Both the position numbers and the translations under genes were made by a program. The notes under the pieces were generated by a model, which saw only the letters and a list, made by a program, of their open reading frames with translations, made no database searches and had not been told where the DNA came from. A stretch of 62,377 nucleotides of DNA, counting the filler, from Actinomycetota bacterium (GTDB lineage Bacteria; Actinomycetota; Actinomycetes; JAKEEW01): the NCBI GenBank assembly GCA_046725875.1. It is 5 parts of 5 records of this genome, joined end to end, with 100 filler letters (N's around TTAATTAATTAA, not from the genome) between each part and the next. Parts side by side here need not be neighbours in the genome. Positions count along the whole stretch, not along the records: positions 50,983 to 62,377 come from JBKOZJ010000184.1; 4 more parts are not named here. One strand, given 5' to 3'. Below, one piece after another: positions 58,633 to 62,377 of the stretch. How positions within the stretch are numbered: the first letter of the stretch is position 1; each line of letters begins with the position of its first letter.

Positions 58633-59459
58633 ACGAGCGACTGCATGCGCTGATCACCAACGACGACGGCATCGCCTCTGATGGACTTCGTCACCTAGCG
58701 ATGGCGGCGGTCGGTGCCGGCCTCGAGATCGTGATCGCGGCCCCGCTGGAAGAGTCCAGCGGCAGCAGCGCTGCGCTGAGCGCGGTCCAGGCCGACGGTA
58801 GGATCTTGATCGAGCGGCGCCGACTCGCCGAGCTCGATGACACGCCAACCTACGCCGTTCAGGCGCTGCCCGGCTTCATAGCCCTCCTCGCCACCCGAGG
58901 CGCCTTCGGCCCGCCGCCCGACCTCGTCCTCTCCGGCGTGAACCGGGGGGCGAACACCGGGCATGCCGTACTGCATTCCGGCACGGTCGGCGCCGCCGTT
59001 ACCGGTCGTACTTACGGCACCCGCGCGATGGCGGTCTCGCTCGGATTTGACCCCACAAGCAGCGACATCGGCGCCACCTTGCACTGGGAAACCGCGGCGC
59101 AGCTAGCCCGACTGGCCATCCCACATCTGGTCAACAGCAGCGAGGAGTTCGTTCTCAATCTCAATGTTCCGAACCTGCCGACAGACGGCGTCCGTGGTGT
59201 GCGTGCGGCGTCGTTGGCGCCTTTCGGGGCGGTGCAGACCAATGTCACGGAGGTCGGTGAGGGCTACGTCCAGCTCACTGTGGCCGAAATTGATCCCAGC
59301 GGCGAGCCGGACACAGACGCGGCAGCGCTAGCAGCCGGCTATGCCACCATCACGCTCCTGAATCCGCTTTGCGAACGAACTACAGATGGGCTGCCGGAAG
59401 CCTTCGCTACCGCCCTTGCAGCCTCGACCGCACCGCTTCGGGTGGACACCGGCGGATGA
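58629..59459 (+). CDS. surE: 5'/3'-nucleotidase SurE
   Basis: LITNDDGI, AP..ESSG, DLVLSGVNRGANTG..HSGTVGAA, LNLNVP; ATGA overlap with pfkB. Confidence 0.9.
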   Translation: MNERLHALITNDDGIASDGLRHLAMAAVGAGLEIVIAAPLEESSGSSAALSAVQADGRILIERRRLAELDDTPTYAVQALPGFIALLATRGAFGPPPDLVLSGVNRGANTGHAVLHSGTVGAAVTGRTYGTRAMAVSLGFDPTSSDIGATLHWETAAQLARLAIPHLVNSSEEFVLNLNVPNLPTDGVRGVRAASLAPFGAVQTNVTEVGEGYVQLTVAEIDPSGEPDTDAAALAAGYATITLLNPLCERTTDGLPEAFATALAASTAPLRVDTGG

Positions 59460-59525
59460 GACGAGTCCGGCCTCGCTAGGACATCCCAGCCTCCCGCCAT
59501 GGTCGACATTCGATCAGGCCTGGGA

Positions 59526-59954
59526 TCATGTCGCCGGGGGCGACTGGCTGGGGGTGATAATCCGGAATGTCGGATGCTCGGCCGGATTGGGCAGCGCCCG
59601 GAAGGTGGCGGCGACAGTGGGCATCTTGGCGAAGTTCGCGAGATAGGCGTCGATGAGCGGAGCACGCTCGGAGACGGGCACTTCGACGACGCTGATCTCC
59701 GCCACTTGGCCATGTTCGATCAGCCGACCGTTCTTTGCGGCGCGCAGATTGCGAGCCCAGTCGCTCTCCCCCCGGTACGAGACGAGGTACCGCTCGCCAT
59801 CATGGTTCAGGACCGCCACCGGCACCGTGTGCCAGCGACCGCTTCGGCGCCCGGGCACCGACAGCTTCGATATCAGGGACGACCGGAACAGTGGTGCGAG
59901 CCGGTTGCCGACGTGTCGCTGCATCCACGGCGGCTTTATGTATTGACGGGCCAT
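59526..59954 (-). CDS. Deazaflavin (F420)-dependent nitroreductase family protein
   Basis: GRRSGRWHTVPV, YLVSYRGESDWARNLRAA, HPTFRI; RBS AGGAGG. Confidence 0.85.
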   Translation of the reverse strand: MARQYIKPPWMQRHVGNRLAPLFRSSLISKLSVPGRRSGRWHTVPVAVLNHDGERYLVSYRGESDWARNLRAAKNGRLIEHGQVAEISVVEVPVSERAPLIDAYLANFAKMPTVAATFRALPNPAEHPTFRIITPSQSPPAT

Positions 59955-60631
59955 AAGTGTTCCTCCTGCTGGTCGCCGTACGCGGGTCGTTCGGGCGATC
60001 TCTGGCCTGTTTGGTTGGCCGGGCGTCTGGGTCGTGATGCGTTGTGGCCAGTGCCGCCGCGGAGTGGAACCCGCGGCCGCGCAGCCATGGTGAGAGCGAT
60101 GGCGGCACCGCACTCGGGAAACGCAGCCGCTCCTGAGAGTCTCTAAGTTTAGGTCAGCTCTATATACACTGCAACTGTAGCACTCGTACCTCCTCAGCGC
60201 CGGACCAAGTGACGACATCCTCGGAGGTCATGACCCACTGAACGGTCGACGGCCTGGGCCGCAACGACGGCCATGATTTCCCTAAACGCGGTGATTCCTA
60301 CAGACCGTCCGATCCTTCGCCCTCGTCACCGTCGATCTACCTGGTGATGTGGAGGCCGTTGCCCGCGAAGCGAGCGCGTTCGCCCGATCCTGCGCCGATG
60401 TCGGCTCAAGGCCAAGGTGCGAGCGTGGCGGGGCGTGCGCTCCCCGTCGCCCACGCCGGGTGCACGACCTGGACGGCGGGGGCGGCGCTGGCTAGGGTCC
60501 GCGGTCGGTGTGGTCGCTGGGGTGGTCCTGGTCGGGGGCGAGGGTGACTGGTCCGTCGGGGTGGCGGATGAGGTTTGCTGGGTGAGGTGGAATGGCGCGC
60601 GATCCGACTGACCGGGCCATCGGCGTTGGCC

Positions 60632-61375
60632 TCAGTCGGTGTCCCGCCTCAGCATGAGAGCGGTGCCGATGGCGGCGAACGCGACGGCGTAGCCCGCCAG
60701 CAGCAGTCCACCGGCTACCGGGTCGAGGAGATCCGGCCGGTCGCGACCGAGCAGCGCGTCCGCCGCACCTCCCGGGAGCCACCCGTAGAGCGCCGGCGCC
60801 CCGATGACCAGCGGCAGGACGTTCTCCGCCACCATCTTCCACAGCAGAGCCGCGACCAGAGCAGCGGTCTGGTTGCGGATGAGGACGCCCAGGCCCACGC
60901 CCATCAGCCCGTACAGCCCGCTGATCGCGAGGGTCGCCGCGGCCGCCTCGGCGGACGCGGTCGCGGACAGCGGCGCACCATCGACAGACAGCAGTGGTGT
61001 GGCGATCAGCAGACCCACGACCAGCGCCGCCACCGCCACGAGCAGGCCGGCGACGAAGCCGCCGAGTAGCTTCGCGACGACGACCTGGCCGCGACGGGGC
61101 GTGAGCAGAAGTGTCCGGGTGATGGTGTGGTGCGTCCACTCCCCGGCAGCTGCCAGGACGCCGCCGAGCAGTGCAACGAATCCGAGTAGCTCGGCCGGGG
61201 CGCGCAATATGCCGGGCATAGTGTCTTCTCCCAGCGGCGGGATGTCTGCCTCACCGGCCTGGGTGATGTTGAACAGGGTGAACACCGCCATGAGGGTCAA
61301 CGCCACCGCGACGATGGCACGTGGGGCGCGGACTGTGTGCAGCTTCATCAGCTCAACGCGAACGAGTGTGGTCAT
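60632..61375 (-). CDS. ABC-2 type exporter permease
   Basis: ELMKLHTVR, GEWTHHTITRTLLLTPRR..VVAK, GVLIRNQ, ends RRD. Confidence 0.88.
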   Translation of the reverse strand: MTTLVRVELMKLHTVRAPRAIVAVALTLMAVFTLFNITQAGEADIPPLGEDTMPGILRAPAELLGFVALLGGVLAAAGEWTHHTITRTLLLTPRRGQVVVAKLLGGFVAGLLVAVAALVVGLLIATPLLSVDGAPLSATASAEAAAATLAISGLYGLMGVGLGVLIRNQTAALVAALLWKMVAENVLPLVIGAPALYGWLPGGAADALLGRDRPDLLDPVAGGLLLAGYAVAFAAIGTALMLRRDTD

Positions 61376-62091
61376 CGAAGTGCTCCTGTCGTCGTGCGGT
61401 CGAGAAACAGAGCCTCGAGCGACGGGTAGCCGCCGCTGGCGAGCAGATAGTCGAGTTCACCGTGCACGACCTCACGACCTCGGTCGATGAGCAGGGCGTC
61501 GTCGATCGTGTGCTCCAGCTCGGCCAGCTGGTGACTGGACACGAGCACGGTTCGACCCTGGTCGGCCAGCGCACGCAGGAACCCTCGCAGCCAGTGGATA
61601 CCGGCCGGGTCGAGGCCGCTGGTCGGCTCGTCGAGGATGAGGACCTCCGGGTCGCCGACCAGTGCGTCCGCAACCGACAGCCGCTGCCGCATGCCGCTGG
61701 AGTAGCTCTTCACCCGGCGGCCGCTGGCCGCGCTGAGCCCGACAAGCTCGAGGACTTCATCGACGCGTCCGCGACTCATTCCGATGGTCGCGGCGGTCAA
61801 CCGCAGCGCGTCGACGCCGCGACGTCCGGGGTGGAACGCGTCCGGGGCAAGGCTCGTCCCAACGACGCGGGCCGGGTTGCGCAGCTCTGCGTACGTATGG
61901 TGATCGAACGTCGCGTGTCCGGCAGTCGGCGTGGCTAGGCCGAGCAGCATGCGCAGCGTTGTCGTCTTACCTGCCCCATTGGGCCCGAGAAACCCGGTCA
62001 CCCGCCCGGGCCGGATGGTGAAGCTGAGGCGGTCGACTGCCGTCAGCACGCCGTAGCGCTTGGTCAACCGGTCGGCATGAATCGTGGTCAT
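61372..62091 (-). CDS. ABC exporter ATP-binding protein
   Basis: GPNGAGKTT, YSSGMRQRL, LILDEPTSGLDP, SSH. Confidence 0.93.
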   Translation of the reverse strand: MTTIHADRLTKRYGVLTAVDRLSFTIRPGRVTGFLGPNGAGKTTTLRMLLGLATPTAGHATFDHHTYAELRNPARVVGTSLAPDAFHPGRRGVDALRLTAATIGMSRGRVDEVLELVGLSAASGRRVKSYSSGMRQRLSVADALVGDPEVLILDEPTSGLDPAGIHWLRGFLRALADQGRTVLVSSHQLAELEHTIDDALLIDRGREVVHGELDYLLASGGYPSLEALFLDRTTTGALR

Positions 62092-62150
62092 GCCATCGAC
62101 GGTATGGATGGTGTTCGTCGAGATCGTCGTGCTGCCGGCGACACTTCGGC

Positions 62151-62188
62151 GTACACCCTGCGGCTGACCCGTACCGCCAAGGGCGTAC
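62151..62188. promoter_or_regulatory. Candidate tandem NarL-type response regulator sites
   Basis: GTACCGCCAAGGGCGTAC (62171-62188) and GTACACCCTGCGGCTGAC (62151-62168) between regulator and ABC operon. Confidence 0.45.
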
Positions 62189-62199
62189 GGCCGACCCGG

Positions 62200-62377
62200 T
62201 CAGTGCCCAGGCACCACCAACCCGGACTCGTAAGCCATCGCGACCAACTGGGCGCGGTCCCGCGCGCCGAGCTTCGCGAGGATTCGGCCCACGTGAGTCT
62301 TTGCCGTCGCCGGGCTGACCACGAGGCGACCGGCGATCTCGTCGTTCGACAGCCCTTCGGCAACCAGTATCAGCACC
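62200..62377 (-). CDS. NarL/LuxR family response regulator, C-terminal HTH (window truncated)
   Basis: [48 protein letters not shown]. Confidence 0.9.
   Translation of the reverse strand, partial: VLILVAEGLSNDEIAGRLVVSPATAKTHVGRILAKLGARDRAQLVAMAYESGLVVPGH

Noticed and set aside
60340..60600. Strand-skewed low-complexity stretch as IS or HNH remnant
   Set aside because: No catalytic motif, terminal repeats or target duplication could be identified
1..62377. CRISPR array, rRNA, prophage, retron or defence genes
   Set aside because: No repeat-spacer series, rRNA signatures, reverse transcriptase, nuclease or phage structural motifs were seen

Overview
High-GC actinobacterial DNA. It is not one continuous locus but five assembly contigs (1-19644, 19745-30934, 31035-36816, 36917-50882, 50983-62377) joined by artificial 100-nt N/TTAATTAATTAA/N spacers. 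Contig 1 and the reverse complement of contig 3 overlap by 289 bp, and contig 3 ends in untrimmed Nextera adapter. Joined, they form a DosR/DevR-like hypoxia/dormancy island: two USPs, two CBS-BON proteins, two P-type ATPases, a Tat multicopper oxidase, an ArcE-like P-loop enzyme and a GNAT/ADP-forming acyl-CoA ligase fusion, with recurring tandem GGGAC-N4-GTCCC-like boxes. Contig 2 is core genome (glnA, glnE, pdtaR, tRNA-Leu(CAA), pyk) with a deletion scar of gltB/gltD. Contigs 4 and 5 are accessory redox and regulatory genes (LysR-cysteine dioxygenase-msrB-msrA, methyltransferases, F420 enzymes, a LAL regulator with twin flanking promoters, a MarR-PDZ fusion, pfkB-surE, ABC exporter). About ten pseudogenes or deletion remnants are visible. 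All family calls come from motif recognition by eye; no database search was run.
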